This document shows positions 9,151 to 18,097 of a stretch of 64,000 bases of DNA, in pieces. Origin of the DNA: Thermoanaerobaculia bacterium (GTDB lineage: Bacteria; Acidobacteriota; Thermoanaerobaculia; Multivoradales; UBA5704); contig DATBAW010000600.1 of assembly GCA_036271335.1 (NCBI GenBank), forward strand, positions 5,635 to 69,634. Direction: 5' to 3'. Position 1 is the first letter of the stretch; every line of letters starts with the position of its first letter. The notes beneath the pieces are model-generated. The model was given only the letters and a program-made list of their open reading frames with translations. It was not told where the DNA came from and did not search any database. A program made the position numbers and the translations under genes.

Positions 9151-9810
9151 GTGAAGCCCGACGAGATGCCCACCACCCTGCCGCTCTTCCCGCTGGAGCA
9201 ACCGCTGCTCCTGCCGGGGACGGTCGTGCCCTTCGCGGCCACCGAGCTGGGCCAGCGCAACCTCGTCGACGATGCCATGGCGGCAGACCGCTACGTGGCG
9301 ATCATCCAGCCGCTCGCCGACGGTTCCCCCGCCGCCCGCGCCCTGGCCGGCCGGCCGCCGGTCTACCAGGTCGGCTGCGTCGGCTACATCGGCGAGTGCC
9401 ACGAGACCGAGGAGGACCGCTATCTCGTCCTCGTCGGCGGCGTGATCCGCTTCCGGATGATCGGCGAGGCGCCCTGCGACCGCGGCTACCGCCGCGTGGT
9501 GGTGAGCTACGGCGAGTTCGCCGACGATCCCGAGCAGATCGACGACGAGCTCGAATTCCCCGTCCTGCGCGGCCTGGTGCGCCAGCGCATCGAATCCAAC
9601 GAGTCGGACATGGACCCCGAGATCATGGAGAACATGGCCGGGACCGAGATCGTCACCGCCATCGCCCACGCCATCCCGCTCTCCCCGGCCGAGCGCCAGG
9701 TGCTGATGGAGACGCCCAGCCTGCGCGAGCTCGAGACCGTCCTGCTCAGCCTGATGACCGGCCCCACCGGCCTCCCCAGCTTCGACTTCCCGCTCTCGCA
9801 GCCGAGCTAG
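9151..9810 (+). CDS. LON N-terminal domain protein, paralog 2
   Basis: LPLFPLEQPLLLPGTVVPF, YVAIIQP, QVGCVGYI, LVGGVIRFRM. Same architecture as 8353..9012. GTG start. Confidence 0.7.
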   Translation: MKPDEMPTTLPLFPLEQPLLLPGTVVPFAATELGQRNLVDDAMAADRYVAIIQPLADGSPAARALAGRPPVYQVGCVGYIGECHETEEDRYLVLVGGVIRFRMIGEAPCDRGYRRVVVSYGEFADDPEQIDDELEFPVLRGLVRQRIESNESDMDPEIMENMAGTEIVTAIAHAIPLSPAERQVLMETPSLRELETVLLSLMTGPTGLPSFDFPLSQPS

Positions 9811-9839
9811 TCAGCGCCCTTTTTCGCATAACTCCGGGC

Positions 9840-11186
9840 ATGACTCTGGCCTTCCGTCCCGGCGACGACGTTCCGGTCGTCCAGTCCCTGGTCAAGGATC
9901 TCGGCGTCGCGCCGGGAACGCTCGGCCTCGCGATCGACGACCGCGACGAGATGCTCGGCTTCCTCGTCGACGCCTATGACGGCGACCGCGAGCAGGCGCT
10001 GTTCCGGTATTTCCGCTCCGGAGCGAGCATCGCCGATTCGATGTTTCAGGTTCTCCGCTGGCACTTCGGCGCCACCGACCGGATCGGCAAGCTCCTCGAC
10101 TTCGCCAGCGGCTACGGACGGGTGACCCGCTTCCTCGTGCGCGCGATCCCCGCCGAACGGATCTGGGCGGCCGACATCTACGCCGGCGGCGTCCGCTTCC
10201 AGGAGGAGACGTTCGGCGTGCACGGGATCGTCTCGACCACCCGTCCGGAGGACTTCTCCTGCGCGGAGCGGTTCGACGCCATCCTGGTCACCTCCCTGTT
10301 CACCCATCTTCCCGAGGAGCGCTTCATCGCCTGGCTGCGGGTGCTCGCCGGCCTGCTCGCCCCGGGGGGCATCCTCGCCTTCAGCACCCATTCTCCCGCC
10401 GTGCTGCCGGCGGGGACGGCGATGCCGGCGTCGGGGATCTTTTTCCAGCCGACCAGCGAGAGCACGTCGCTGGACAAGAACGACTACGGCTCGACCTGGG
10501 TGACGCCGGAGTTCGTGCGCTCGGCGCTCGACCGCGCCGTCTCGCCGCGGGCCTCCCTGCATTGCCTCGGTCGGGCGCTGTGCAATTTCCAGGACCTCTG
10601 CCTCGTCGTCGCCGAGCCGGGAGTCGACTTCCGCCCGCTGAGCTTTCAGTGGGAGCCGCACCTCTTCCTCGACCGCGCCCTCCTGCAGGAGATGGGGCGG
10701 CGGCTCGATCTCCGCGGGTGGGTGGCGGCGCTGTCCGGCCCGGTCCGGGCGATCGAGGTCCGGCTCGACGGCGAGCTCCTGACCACGATCTCCAGGTTCG
10801 ATCCGCGCCCCGACGTCGCCGCGTTCCTGGGCGACGAGCGCTTCCTGCATACGGGCTGGAGCTGCTCCTGCTCCCTGCCCTCGGGGGTCTCGCACAGCGC
10901 CGCCGTCCTGCGGCTGCTGGTCGTGGACGGCCGCGGCGTCTCCTGGCCCCTGTGGGCGGGCTCCATCGAGGCGATGCGGCTGGCCGGAGCGCAGAACGAG
11001 CTGAAGGATCTCCACCAGATCCTGGGCGAGAAAAACGAGGAGATCCGCGCGCAGCAAGCCCAGGCCGCCCAGACGCAGGCGGCGCTGACGGCCCGCATCC
11101 AGGCGATGGAGGCGAGCCGCTTCTGGAAGCTGCGCAACGCCTGGTTTCAGATCAAGCGCGGGCTGCGGCTGACGGACGAGCCCTAG
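9840..11186 (+). CDS. Class I SAM-dependent methyltransferase with a beta-rich and coiled-coil C-terminal extension
   Basis: Motif I LLDFASGYGRVTRFL, post-I AADIY, motif II/III AILVTSLFTHL...LAPGGILAF. The C-terminal ELKDLHQILGEKNEEIRAQQAQAAQTQAAL looks like coiled coil. The true ATG at 9840 lies inside track ORF 9396..11186, whose first 148 codons overlap the previous gene. Confidence 0.75.
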   Translation: MTLAFRPGDDVPVVQSLVKDLGVAPGTLGLAIDDRDEMLGFLVDAYDGDREQALFRYFRSGASIADSMFQVLRWHFGATDRIGKLLDFASGYGRVTRFLVRAIPAERIWAADIYAGGVRFQEETFGVHGIVSTTRPEDFSCAERFDAILVTSLFTHLPEERFIAWLRVLAGLLAPGGILAFSTHSPAVLPAGTAMPASGIFFQPTSESTSLDKNDYGSTWVTPEFVRSALDRAVSPRASLHCLGRALCNFQDLCLVVAEPGVDFRPLSFQWEPHLFLDRALLQEMGRRLDLRGWVAALSGPVRAIEVRLDGELLTTISRFDPRPDVAAFLGDERFLHTGWSCSCSLPSGVSHSAAVLRLLVVDGRGVSWPLWAGSIEAMRLAGAQNELKDLHQILGEKNEEIRAQQAQAAQTQAALTARIQAMEASRFWKLRNAWFQIKRGLRLTDEP

Positions 11187-11189
11187 CGC

Positions 11190-13436
11190 TCAGGGGCGGT
11201 CGAACCTCAGCACCCGATCGTGGCCGGTGTCGGCCACGTAGAGGTTCCCCATCGCGTCCACCGCCACTCCCATCGGCTCCAGGAGGTTGGCGGCGGTGGC
11301 CGGCGGCGGCGGAACATTGAAGGGCACGCCGCCGGCGGCGAAATCGCCGTGTCCGAAGACGCGGTCCGCCGCGGTGTCCCGCAGCGGTTGCAGGAATTCC
11401 AGCACACGATCGTTGCCAGGGTCCGCCACGTAGAGCTCATCCGCGGGGCCGACCGCGATCGCCAGGTTGCCGGGAGCGAAGCGCCGGGGGCCGGTACCGG
11501 CGAGGTGCTGCTGGAAGCCCGGCTGCCCGAGGACCTGATCGGCCACGGCGTCGGTGGTGAGCGGATCCCGGTAGACCAGCACCCGGTTGTTGGCCGTATC
11601 GGCCACGTAGAGGTTCCCCTGCGCGTCCACCGCGAGCCCCGACGCGCCGTAGAAATGAGGGTTGGACTCACCGTCCACCTCACCCAGGCAGAGGGTCGCG
11701 GCGCCGGGGTTCCGTTGCCCCTGATTGCAGAGCCCCTGCGTGAAGCCCGGCTGGCCGAAGACCGCGTTCGCCGTCTCGTCCGTCAACGGATGCTCGAAGA
11801 GCAGCACCCGGTGATTCTGGAGATCGGCGACATAGAGACGATCGTCGCGGTCGAACGCCAGCGCTCCCGGCGAGCAAAGGCTGCGGGCGCTCAAGCCGCC
11901 GAGGTTGCACGTCTGGGTGTGGAACGATCCCCCCTGCCCCAGCACCCGATCGGCGATCCCGTCGTTCTCGAACGGCCGGTCGAATTCGAGGACGCGGTTG
12001 AAGGCCACGTCCGCCATCCAGAGGTTGCCCCGCGAGTCGACCGCCAGACCGCCGCGGTCGTAGCTGGAATAGGGACAGAACTGTCCGGGTCCCGGGTCCT
12101 GGACGAAGCAGTTGGGGTTGGGGACGTCGGCGCTGGTCTGGCCGGATCCCGGCAGCACGAGGTCCGCGGGGGCGCCGTTGGCGAACCGCTCGGCATCCCG
12201 CCAGCCGAGCACCCGGTTGTAGGCGTCGACGGCATAGAGATGGTTCGGCGACGAGCTGCGGTCGACCGCCAGGATGTCCGGCATCGCCAACCCCTGGTCG
12301 GTGAGGAGCGGCCGGCCGACCCGCTGGACCGGCGTCTGGAAGCGGGCATCGATCACGGAGACGAAGCTGTCCCCGTCGTCCAGGATGGAGGCGACCAGCA
12401 GATCCCCCGCGGAATCGAGGTCCGGGACGCCGTTGAGGACGACGCCGAGGTCCGGCGAGACGCTCCCCGGCCGGGTGTCCGGGCCGAGCGGAGCCGCGTA
12501 GCGCCAGACCCGCGTACCGGCGACATAGGTCAGCCCGCCGGCCGCGGTGAAGGCCACTTCGGGGGGAAATCCATTGGGAAGCAGGAGGCGGAAACTGGTC
12601 CTGTGGGCGGCCGAGAGCGGCTGGCGGAAGACGATCGCCTGACGAGCCCCCTGGAGTCCCGCATCGCCGACGTAGAGAAGGTCCCCTTGCCGGCTGACCG
12701 CGAGCTGGAGGGGGCGGCACGGCAGGGCCGGGGACGGGACGTGAGCGCACTCGTCGAGGGACGCGAACGCGATCGCCCGATCCGGCCGGGTGTCATGCGT
12801 GGGCGGCGCGTCGTACTCCAGGATCTGCCGCGAGCCGGCGGGATCGATCGTCCAGAGATCGCCATTTCCGTCCACGGCGATGTCCAGCGTGTCCGGGTCC
12901 GGCTCGGCCGGGACCTTCTGTGAGGTGAAGCTCCGCTGGCCGAAGACCCGGTCCGCCACCCGGTCGGTGGCAAAGGGGCGGTCGAACTCCAGCACCCGGA
13001 AGTTGCCGGCGTCGGCCACGTAGAGGTTGCCGGCGGGGTCGACGGCGACATGGGTCGGGTTGCAGAACGTCGTCGCGCTAGGCGCCGCCGGGCAGGAGAC
13101 GTAGTCCGCGACAAAAGCGCCGTTATAGACCGACGGCTGCCCTAGCACCAGGTCGGCGGCGGCCCCGGACTTGAGGCGGTCGAGGCTCGACCAGCCGAGC
13201 ACCCGGTTGAGACTGGGCGAGGCGATATAGACGGGGTTCTGCGCCGTCGAGCGGTCGACGGCGATGTCCGCGGCGGCGAGCACGGTGCCGTCCACGAAAT
13301 AGGGGATCGCGACGCCGAACCGGCGCTGGCCGAGGACGCCGTCGGCAAGGGTATCCCCCGCGGCGGCGTGGACTGTAACGTCGTGAACGAGGGCGAGCAG
13401 GATGAGTCCCAGGAGTCGAAGCGCGGTGTTTCTCAT
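11190..13436 (-). CDS. Secreted NHL-repeat beta-propeller protein (about 12 blades)
   Basis: Signal peptide MRNTALRLLGLILLALV. Repeated blades of the form GLAVD..GNLYVAD..NxRVLEFDRPF and VLGQ..F. Confidence 0.8.
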   Translation of the reverse strand: MRNTALRLLGLILLALVHDVTVHAAAGDTLADGVLGQRRFGVAIPYFVDGTVLAAADIAVDRSTAQNPVYIASPSLNRVLGWSSLDRLKSGAAADLVLGQPSVYNGAFVADYVSCPAAPSATTFCNPTHVAVDPAGNLYVADAGNFRVLEFDRPFATDRVADRVFGQRSFTSQKVPAEPDPDTLDIAVDGNGDLWTIDPAGSRQILEYDAPPTHDTRPDRAIAFASLDECAHVPSPALPCRPLQLAVSRQGDLLYVGDAGLQGARQAIVFRQPLSAAHRTSFRLLLPNGFPPEVAFTAAGGLTYVAGTRVWRYAAPLGPDTRPGSVSPDLGVVLNGVPDLDSAGDLLVASILDDGDSFVSVIDARFQTPVQRVGRPLLTDQGLAMPDILAVDRSSSPNHLYAVDAYNRVLGWRDAERFANGAPADLVLPGSGQTSADVPNPNCFVQDPGPGQFCPYSSYDRGGLAVDSRGNLWMADVAFNRVLEFDRPFENDGIADRVLGQGGSFHTQTCNLGGLSARSLCSPGALAFDRDDRLYVADLQNHRVLLFEHPLTDETANAVFGQPGFTQGLCNQGQRNPGAATLCLGEVDGESNPHFYGASGLAVDAQGNLYVADTANNRVLVYRDPLTTDAVADQVLGQPGFQQHLAGTGPRRFAPGNLAIAVGPADELYVADPGNDRVLEFLQPLRDTAADRVFGHGDFAAGGVPFNVPPPPATAANLLEPMGVAVDAMGNLYVADTGHDRVLRFDRP

Positions 13437-13485
13437 GACCTGCCATGCGCCGTGGCGGCGCGCTTTCCGTCAGCTCTTATCGCCG

Positions 13486-13812
13486 TCAGCGCTTGCGGCT
13501 GCTCTCCAGGAAACCCGCCCAGTCGGCCACCGCCTGCCGGAGCGTGGCGAGCGGCAGGGAGTGTGGCCTGGCATTCTCAGCATTCTCGTCCACGATCATC
13601 GCCCCCTCCGGCGAGAGGGAGAGCGTGTAGGCGTTGCCGGTGCGCTCCCACGAGGCCTCGCGGCCGGATTCGACGCGGTCGATGGCGTGCAGGATCTCCT
13701 GGGCGGCGGCGGGGCTGTCCTGGAGGTCGCTCTCCAGAAAACCGGCCAGCCGTTGGTCGTGCCCCTTGGCGCGGGGGTCGCCGGCCGCATCCCGGTAGTG
13801 CTCGGGCTTCAT
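13486..13812 (-). CDS. Small acidic cytoplasmic protein, YacL/UPF0231-like (possible immunity partner of the upstream EndoU gene)
   Basis: MKPEHYRDAAGDP...ESGREASWERTGNAYTLSLSPEGAMIVDEN resembles E. coli YacL ([27 protein letters not shown]) from memory. ATG at 13812 is preceded by GAGG. Confidence 0.5.
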   Translation of the reverse strand: MKPEHYRDAAGDPRAKGHDQRLAGFLESDLQDSPAAAQEILHAIDRVESGREASWERTGNAYTLSLSPEGAMIVDENAENARPHSLPLATLRQAVADWAGFLESSRKR

Positions 13813-13820
13813 CAGACTAT

Positions 13821-13887
13821 CCTCATCATAAATCGCCTCATCATAAATCGCCTCATCATGAATCGCCTCATCATGAAATCGCCTCAG
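13821..13887. repeat. Tandem array of four 15/16-bp units (CCTCATCATAAATCG and variants)
   Basis: Units at 13821, 13836, 13851 and 13866, plus a partial unit at 13882. On the coding (minus) strand each unit reads GAGG-N6-ATGATG. The array overlaps the stop of the EndoU-like gene and ends at the RBS of the next gene. Confidence 0.9.
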
Positions 13888-14396
13888 TTCCGGGTATAGA
13901 TCGGATAGGCCGTGTTGATCCGGCCGTTCTGGTAATAGCCCTCGATCGTGAAGCCCGTCCCCGAGGGGCCGCGGAACTTCTCGCGGTTTTCCTGACCAGC
14001 GCCGGAGCGATTCTGGAAAGCGTTGAGCACCGCCTGGATCACCGCCTGCCGGTCCATGCGGTCCGGATAGACGGTCGAGCGCTTGCCGAGCCACTCCGAC
14101 CCCGACCGGATCTCCACGTCGGCCGTATACACGCCGGCGCGGTTGGGACGGTCGACGATCCGCACCAGCCGGGCGTTGGCGGGATCATGGCCGCCCGGGC
14201 GCGAATGGAAGCCGGTGGGCTTGCCCCGCCGGTTGATCTCCCCCTCGAAGATGTGGCTGACGTTGACCGGCGGCGACGTCGGGCTCCACTCCTCGGCCGG
14301 CCGGCCGCCGCGCGAACGCGACATCGCCGCGCCCTGGACTAGCACGAGTGCCACGACGGCGAAAAGGACGGGCAGGACTCTGCGGAATCTCGGCAT
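13884..14396 (-). CDS. Secreted bacterial EndoU-like nuclease domain protein
   Basis: Signal peptide MPRFRRVLPVLFAVVALVLVQGAA. Then VSHIFEGEINRRGKPTGFHS...GVYTADVEI...KRSTVYPDRMDRQAVIQAVLNAF...GFTIEGYYQNGRINTAYPIY, which matches the EndoU_bacteria pattern (HI..GE...G.H, StfFP.xws, TAYP). ATG at 14396 chosen inside track ORF 13884..14894. Confidence 0.65.
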   Translation of the reverse strand: MPRFRRVLPVLFAVVALVLVQGAAMSRSRGGRPAEEWSPTSPPVNVSHIFEGEINRRGKPTGFHSRPGGHDPANARLVRIVDRPNRAGVYTADVEIRSGSEWLGKRSTVYPDRMDRQAVIQAVLNAFQNRSGAGQENREKFRGPSGTGFTIEGYYQNGRINTAYPIYTRN

Positions 14397-14507
14397 CGGG
14401 GTGTTCCTCGAGGAAAGGATAGCGCAGGAGGCGGCGTTGGCCCTCATCACCCCGCCCCTCTTCTCCCATCGCCCTCCCCCGACCGGGAGAAGAGGGAGAG
14501 CGTTGAT

Positions 14508-14578
14508 GTAGGGGCGCAGCATGCTGCGCCCTCGACGTTGCCGTAACGGGAAAAGGGCGCAGCATGCTGCGCCCCTAC
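14508..14578. repeat. REP family A pair: GTAGGGGCGCAGCATGCTGCGCCC ... GGGCGCAGCATGCTGCGCCCCTAC
   Basis: Two copies of the 20-bp perfect palindrome gggcgcagcatgctgcgccc with complementary GTAG/CTAC ends and a 23-bp spacer. The same element recurs at 24499..24599. Confidence 0.9.
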
Positions 14579-14653
14579 GAGCGGCAGTTTGGGGAAAGGG
14601 CGATGGGAGTGAGGGGCCCGACGGAGAGGAACCGTCCCGAAAACCCCCGTCCC

Positions 14654-15130
14654 CTAATCCTCCCCCACCAGCAGCCCCAGCAGATCCGACGTCGTGATCA
14701 CCCCCACCGCCCGGTCCTCGCGGGTGACCAGGAGGCGGTGGATGTGCCCCTTGAGCATCAGCGAGGCGATCTCGGAGACCGTGGCGTCCTCGCGGACCGA
14801 GTAGATCTTGGGGTTCATGATCGCCGCGACCCGCAGCCCTTCCTGAGCCGGCGGCAGCTCCTCGACGTCGTCCTCGTCGAGCCCCTCTCCCCATTCGTCG
14901 TCGATGAAGAAGGCCGAGCCGTCGCGGGAGAGGCGGCCCCCTTCGCCCGAGGTGGCGGCGGCGATGTCCACCAGCGACACGACCCCCACCAGGCGCCCCT
15001 CGGCGTCCTCCACGGGCGCGCCGCTGATCTCGTTCTCGATCAGGAACGCGGCCAAGTCCTGCACGCTCAGGTCGTCGCGGACCGTGAGGACCTCGGGGTT
15101 CATGAGGTCGCTGGCGGTGATCGGTCGCAT
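14654..15130 (-). CDS. CBS domain-pair protein
   Basis: Two CBS units (MNPEVLTVRDDLSVQDLAAFLIENEISGAPVED..GRLVGVVS and MNPKIYSVREDATVSEIASLMLKGHIHRLLVTRE.RAVGVITTSDLL) separated by an acidic linker. Confidence 0.85.
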   Translation of the reverse strand: MRPITASDLMNPEVLTVRDDLSVQDLAAFLIENEISGAPVEDAEGRLVGVVSLVDIAAATSGEGGRLSRDGSAFFIDDEWGEGLDEDDVEELPPAQEGLRVAAIMNPKIYSVREDATVSEIASLMLKGHIHRLLVTREDRAVGVITTSDLLGLLVGED

Positions 15131-15215
15131 CCAGCCATCTCCAATCAGTCGATCGCTCTATCGTTTCGGACTTCTTACGATACCTTGAAACGTGGCAATG
15201 TGACGAATCCTGCGG

Positions 15216-16502
15216 CTACCCGCGAAGGAACGACTCGAAGGCTTCGGGGTGGCTCGCCCGCATCCGCGCTTCCTCGACGTCCACCGCCCCCTGCCGGACC
15301 AGCAGCGCCAGCGACTCCTCCAAGGAAATCATCCCCTGCCGTTTGCCGAGCGTGATCTCGTTGTAGAGCTTCTGCAGGTTGTCGCTGCGGATGTTGTGGC
15401 GCACCGCGTAGTTGGCCAGCAGCAGCTCGACGGCCGGCACCCGCCCGCGGCCGTCGGCGCGGGGGACGAGCGTCTGCACCACGATGGCGTGGAGGGCGAG
15501 GGCGAGCTGGTGGCGGATCTGCGGCTGCTGGGCCGGCGGGAAGACGTCGACCACCCGGTGCACCGCCTGCTGGGCGTCGTTGGTGTGGAGGGTCGAGAGC
15601 ACGAGATGGCCGGTCTCGGCGGCGGTCAGCGCGGTTGCCACCGTCTCCAGGTCGCGCATCTCGCCGACCAGGATGACGTCCGGATCCTGCCGCAGCGAGG
15701 CCCGCAGCGCGTCGCGGAACGAGCTGGAGTCGCGCCCGACCTCGATGTGCTCGATGGCCGAGCGGTTCGAGCGGTGCTCGTACTCGATCGGGTCCTCGAT
15801 GGTGATGATGTGGCTGGTGCGGTTGCGGTTGATCTCCCCCACCAGGGCGGCGAGCGTGGAGGACTTCCCCGAGCCCGTGGGGCCGCAGACCAGGACCAGC
15901 CCGCGGCTCGGCTTGACCAGCTCGGCGAGCAGCGGCGGCAGGTTGAGGCCGGCCAGGGTGGGCACCTCCAGTGGGAGCGCGCGCACGGCCGCCGCCGGCT
16001 CGCCGCGCTGGCGATGGACGTTGACGCGGAAGCGCCACGCCGCGCCGATCCCCTCGTCGAGGGTGCGGCCGCGGGCGATGCGCAGGCTGAAGTCGGTCGA
16101 GCCCTGGTTCTCGAGGTCCTGGCGCTCCTTGGCGCCGAAGTGGGGCTGGAACATCCGGTTGATCTCGGCCCCCTCGATGGGCCCCCGCTCCTCCATCCGG
16201 AGCAGCCGGCCGTTGACGCGGAAGATCGGCGGCATGCCGGCGATCAGCAGCAGATCGCTGGCCTTCTGTTGAATGACCTCGGCGAGGAGACGGTCGAGCG
16301 GCCCCCCCTCCGCCACCTCCACCTGGGACGGCAGGCGGAGCTTCAGGGGGCGCAGCGCCTCCACCTCCTCCTGGCTGTCGGGCTCGAAGACGAGGGACTC
16401 TCCGGCGTCCGGCGATTCCTGGTAGGCCTTCGGGTCGTTCAGGGAGCGTACGAGTTGATCGAGCTCGGGATCGCGTAGATGTTCGCTCATGGCAAACATC
16501 AT
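15216..16502 (-). CDS. pilT: Type IV pilus retraction ATPase, PilT family
   Basis: ASDLLL..G.PP..RVNG, Walker A GPTGSGKSST, IITIEDPIEY, Asp box/Walker B VILVGEMRD, His box TGHLVLSTLHTN. Confidence 0.9.
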   Translation of the reverse strand: MMFAMSEHLRDPELDQLVRSLNDPKAYQESPDAGESLVFEPDSQEEVEALRPLKLRLPSQVEVAEGGPLDRLLAEVIQQKASDLLLIAGMPPIFRVNGRLLRMEERGPIEGAEINRMFQPHFGAKERQDLENQGSTDFSLRIARGRTLDEGIGAAWRFRVNVHRQRGEPAAAVRALPLEVPTLAGLNLPPLLAELVKPSRGLVLVCGPTGSGKSSTLAALVGEINRNRTSHIITIEDPIEYEHRSNRSAIEHIEVGRDSSSFRDALRASLRQDPDVILVGEMRDLETVATALTAAETGHLVLSTLHTNDAQQAVHRVVDVFPPAQQPQIRHQLALALHAIVVQTLVPRADGRGRVPAVELLLANYAVRHNIRSDNLQKLYNEITLGKRQGMISLEESLALLVRQGAVDVEEARMRASHPEAFESFLRG

Positions 16503-16555
16503 ACGAAGGAGGAGGGGATTTCGTCGCCTTGCCCGGGCAGCTCTGATCCGCAGGG

Positions 16556-16966
16556 TCAGGAGACCAGCCAGTTTTCAACTTGCAGCCCTGGCACGCGAGT
16601 GAATTCGTCGACGTTGGCGGAGACCAGGACCAGATCGAGCGCCAGCGCGTGAGCGGCAATCAGAAGATCGTTGGGGCCGATCGGCTTCCCCTGCTGGTCG
16701 AGATGCGTGCGGATCTCGGCGTACCGACGATCGGACTCCCTTTCCAAGGGGAGGACCTCCAGGCTCTCCAGGAGGCGCTCGACACGCTCCGACAGCCGCG
16801 CCGAGCCCTTTTTGGCGGCGCCATACCGAAGCTCGCAGGCGACCACGATGCTCGTGCAGACCGTGGCCTCTCCCACCAGAGAGACCCTCCGGAAGACCCG
16901 GCCACCAGGGTTCCTCAGAAGATCCGACAGGACGTTGGTGTCGAGGAGATACCGGAAGCCGGCCAT
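16556..16966 (-). CDS. vapC: Type II toxin VapC (PIN-domain ribonuclease)
   Basis: YLLDTNVLSDLL, CELRYGA and NDLLIAAHALA...LVSANVDEF (PIN acidic residues). The ATG at 16966 lies 1 nt from the stop of vapB. Confidence 0.85.
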   Translation of the reverse strand: MAGFRYLLDTNVLSDLLRNPGGRVFRRVSLVGEATVCTSIVVACELRYGAAKKGSARLSERVERLLESLEVLPLERESDRRYAEIRTHLDQQGKPIGPNDLLIAAHALALDLVLVSANVDEFTRVPGLQVENWLVS

Positions 16967-16967
16967 C

Positions 16968-17204
16968 TCAGAGGTCCACGTCCTCGATGGGCCCAAGATC
17001 ATCGATCTCCGGAAACTCCTCGTCGAGAGGCTCCCAAGTCGACAAGAGCTCCAGAAGAGCCGTGCGGGGCATCGGCTCGACGATGAGGCGCTCCCCCTCC
17101 TTGCGGAGAATGGCCTGGCTGCCGGGGAGCTCGAGATCCCGCGGAATGCGAAGGGCCTGGTTGCTGCCATTCCTGAACAGGCGCACGATCCGTTCTGGCT
17201 GCAT
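16968..17204 (-). CDS. vapB: Type II antitoxin VapB (AbrB/SpoVT-type)
   Basis: 78 aa. RLFRNGSNQALRIPRDLELPG is the swapped-hairpin DNA-binding motif. Acidic C-terminus. Immediately upstream of vapC. Confidence 0.8.
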   Translation of the reverse strand: MQPERIVRLFRNGSNQALRIPRDLELPGSQAILRKEGERLIVEPMPRTALLELLSTWEPLDEEFPEIDDLGPIEDVDL

Positions 17205-17312
17205 GACGTCCTCCCTGCCGCCGTCCGAGGCAGCCTATGCTGAAGCATAGGCTAGCACGAAGATTTGCCGGGCGCCATCGCACCTCGGAGCCTGCGCCGC
17301 AGGAAACCAGAA

Positions 17313-17423
17313 GCAAGGACGTAAAGGACAGCAGGGACGCCAAGGACATCAAGGACGCAGAAAAAGAGCGGAGATTGGCTCTGTCTTGTCCTTGTGGTCC
17401 TTGCAGTCCCTTAATGTCCCTTT
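17313..17423. repeat. Imperfect hairpin built from AAGGAC/AGGGAC motifs, same design as 7161..7246
   Basis: Left arm: caaggacgtaaaggacagcagggacgccaaggacatcaaggacgcag. Loop: aaaaagagcggagattggct. Right arm: ctgtcttgtccttgtggtccttgcagtcccttaatgtcccttt. The loop plus right arm recur at 26797..26829. Confidence 0.7.
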
Positions 17424-17442
17424 GAAGATTTACCGCAGGCTC

Positions 17443-17979
17443 CTAGCCTCCGTACTGCGCGTGGATGTAGGCGCCCGTCTCCGAGTTGTAGAGCAGATAC
17501 CAGCCGGGATGATCCGGGTCGTCATAGACCACGAAGTCGTCGCCGCAATCCCAGCACCAGTCGACGGCCAGCGGCCAGTCGAAAGGAGCGATCAGGAAGG
17601 CGGAGCCGCCCAGCCAGAAGCGGTGGCTGCCGCGGTCGAAGCGGGAGACCCCATAGCGGTAGGACGGCCCGACGTGGGCGAAGCGCCCGTGCACATTCGG
17701 CTGCGCCACACGGTAGCGCGGATCGTCCGGCCGGTCGTGGCCATACCAGCGGTCATGGTTGACGTGCGGCGCGGCGTTCACCCGTCCACCCTCCCAGCGC
17801 TCCGGCTCCGCCTGCCCGCCTCGCCGCGCCGAGGGCGCCGGCGGCAGGTGGCCCTGGTTGGCGCGGGGATGCGCCTGTTGCCGCGGAGCGGCGCCGTGCT
17901 GCTCGCGCTCGCGCTGGGCGGCCAAGGGAAGCGTCCCCAGGACCGTAAGTGTCACCAACAAAGCGAGATGTTGTTTCAT
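17443..17979 (-). CDS. Secreted hypothetical protein (His/Arg/Trp-rich, C-terminal CWDCGDD motif)
   Basis: ATG at 17979 preceded by AGGAGA. Signal peptide MKQHLALLVTLTVLGTLPLAAQ. No family recognised. Confidence 0.6.
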   Translation of the reverse strand: MKQHLALLVTLTVLGTLPLAAQREREQHGAAPRQQAHPRANQGHLPPAPSARRGGQAEPERWEGGRVNAAPHVNHDRWYGHDRPDDPRYRVAQPNVHGRFAHVGPSYRYGVSRFDRGSHRFWLGGSAFLIAPFDWPLAVDWCWDCGDDFVVYDDPDHPGWYLLYNSETGAYIHAQYGG

Positions 17980-18097
17980 GGCTGTCTCCTTTAGGGGATC
18001 TGGCTGCCGGTTGTACCGGCACTCCAAGCTCTATGCAAACAGCGTGCGGGGGGGATCCTATCTCGCCCTCGACAGGCCCAGGGTCATCGATCCCCAG

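Noticed and set aside
9025-13887. The tandem arrays at 9025..9121 and 13821..13887 considered as CRISPR arrays
   Set aside because: The units are 15 bp and directly adjacent with no unique spacers, and no cas genes are present. These are simple tandem repeats.
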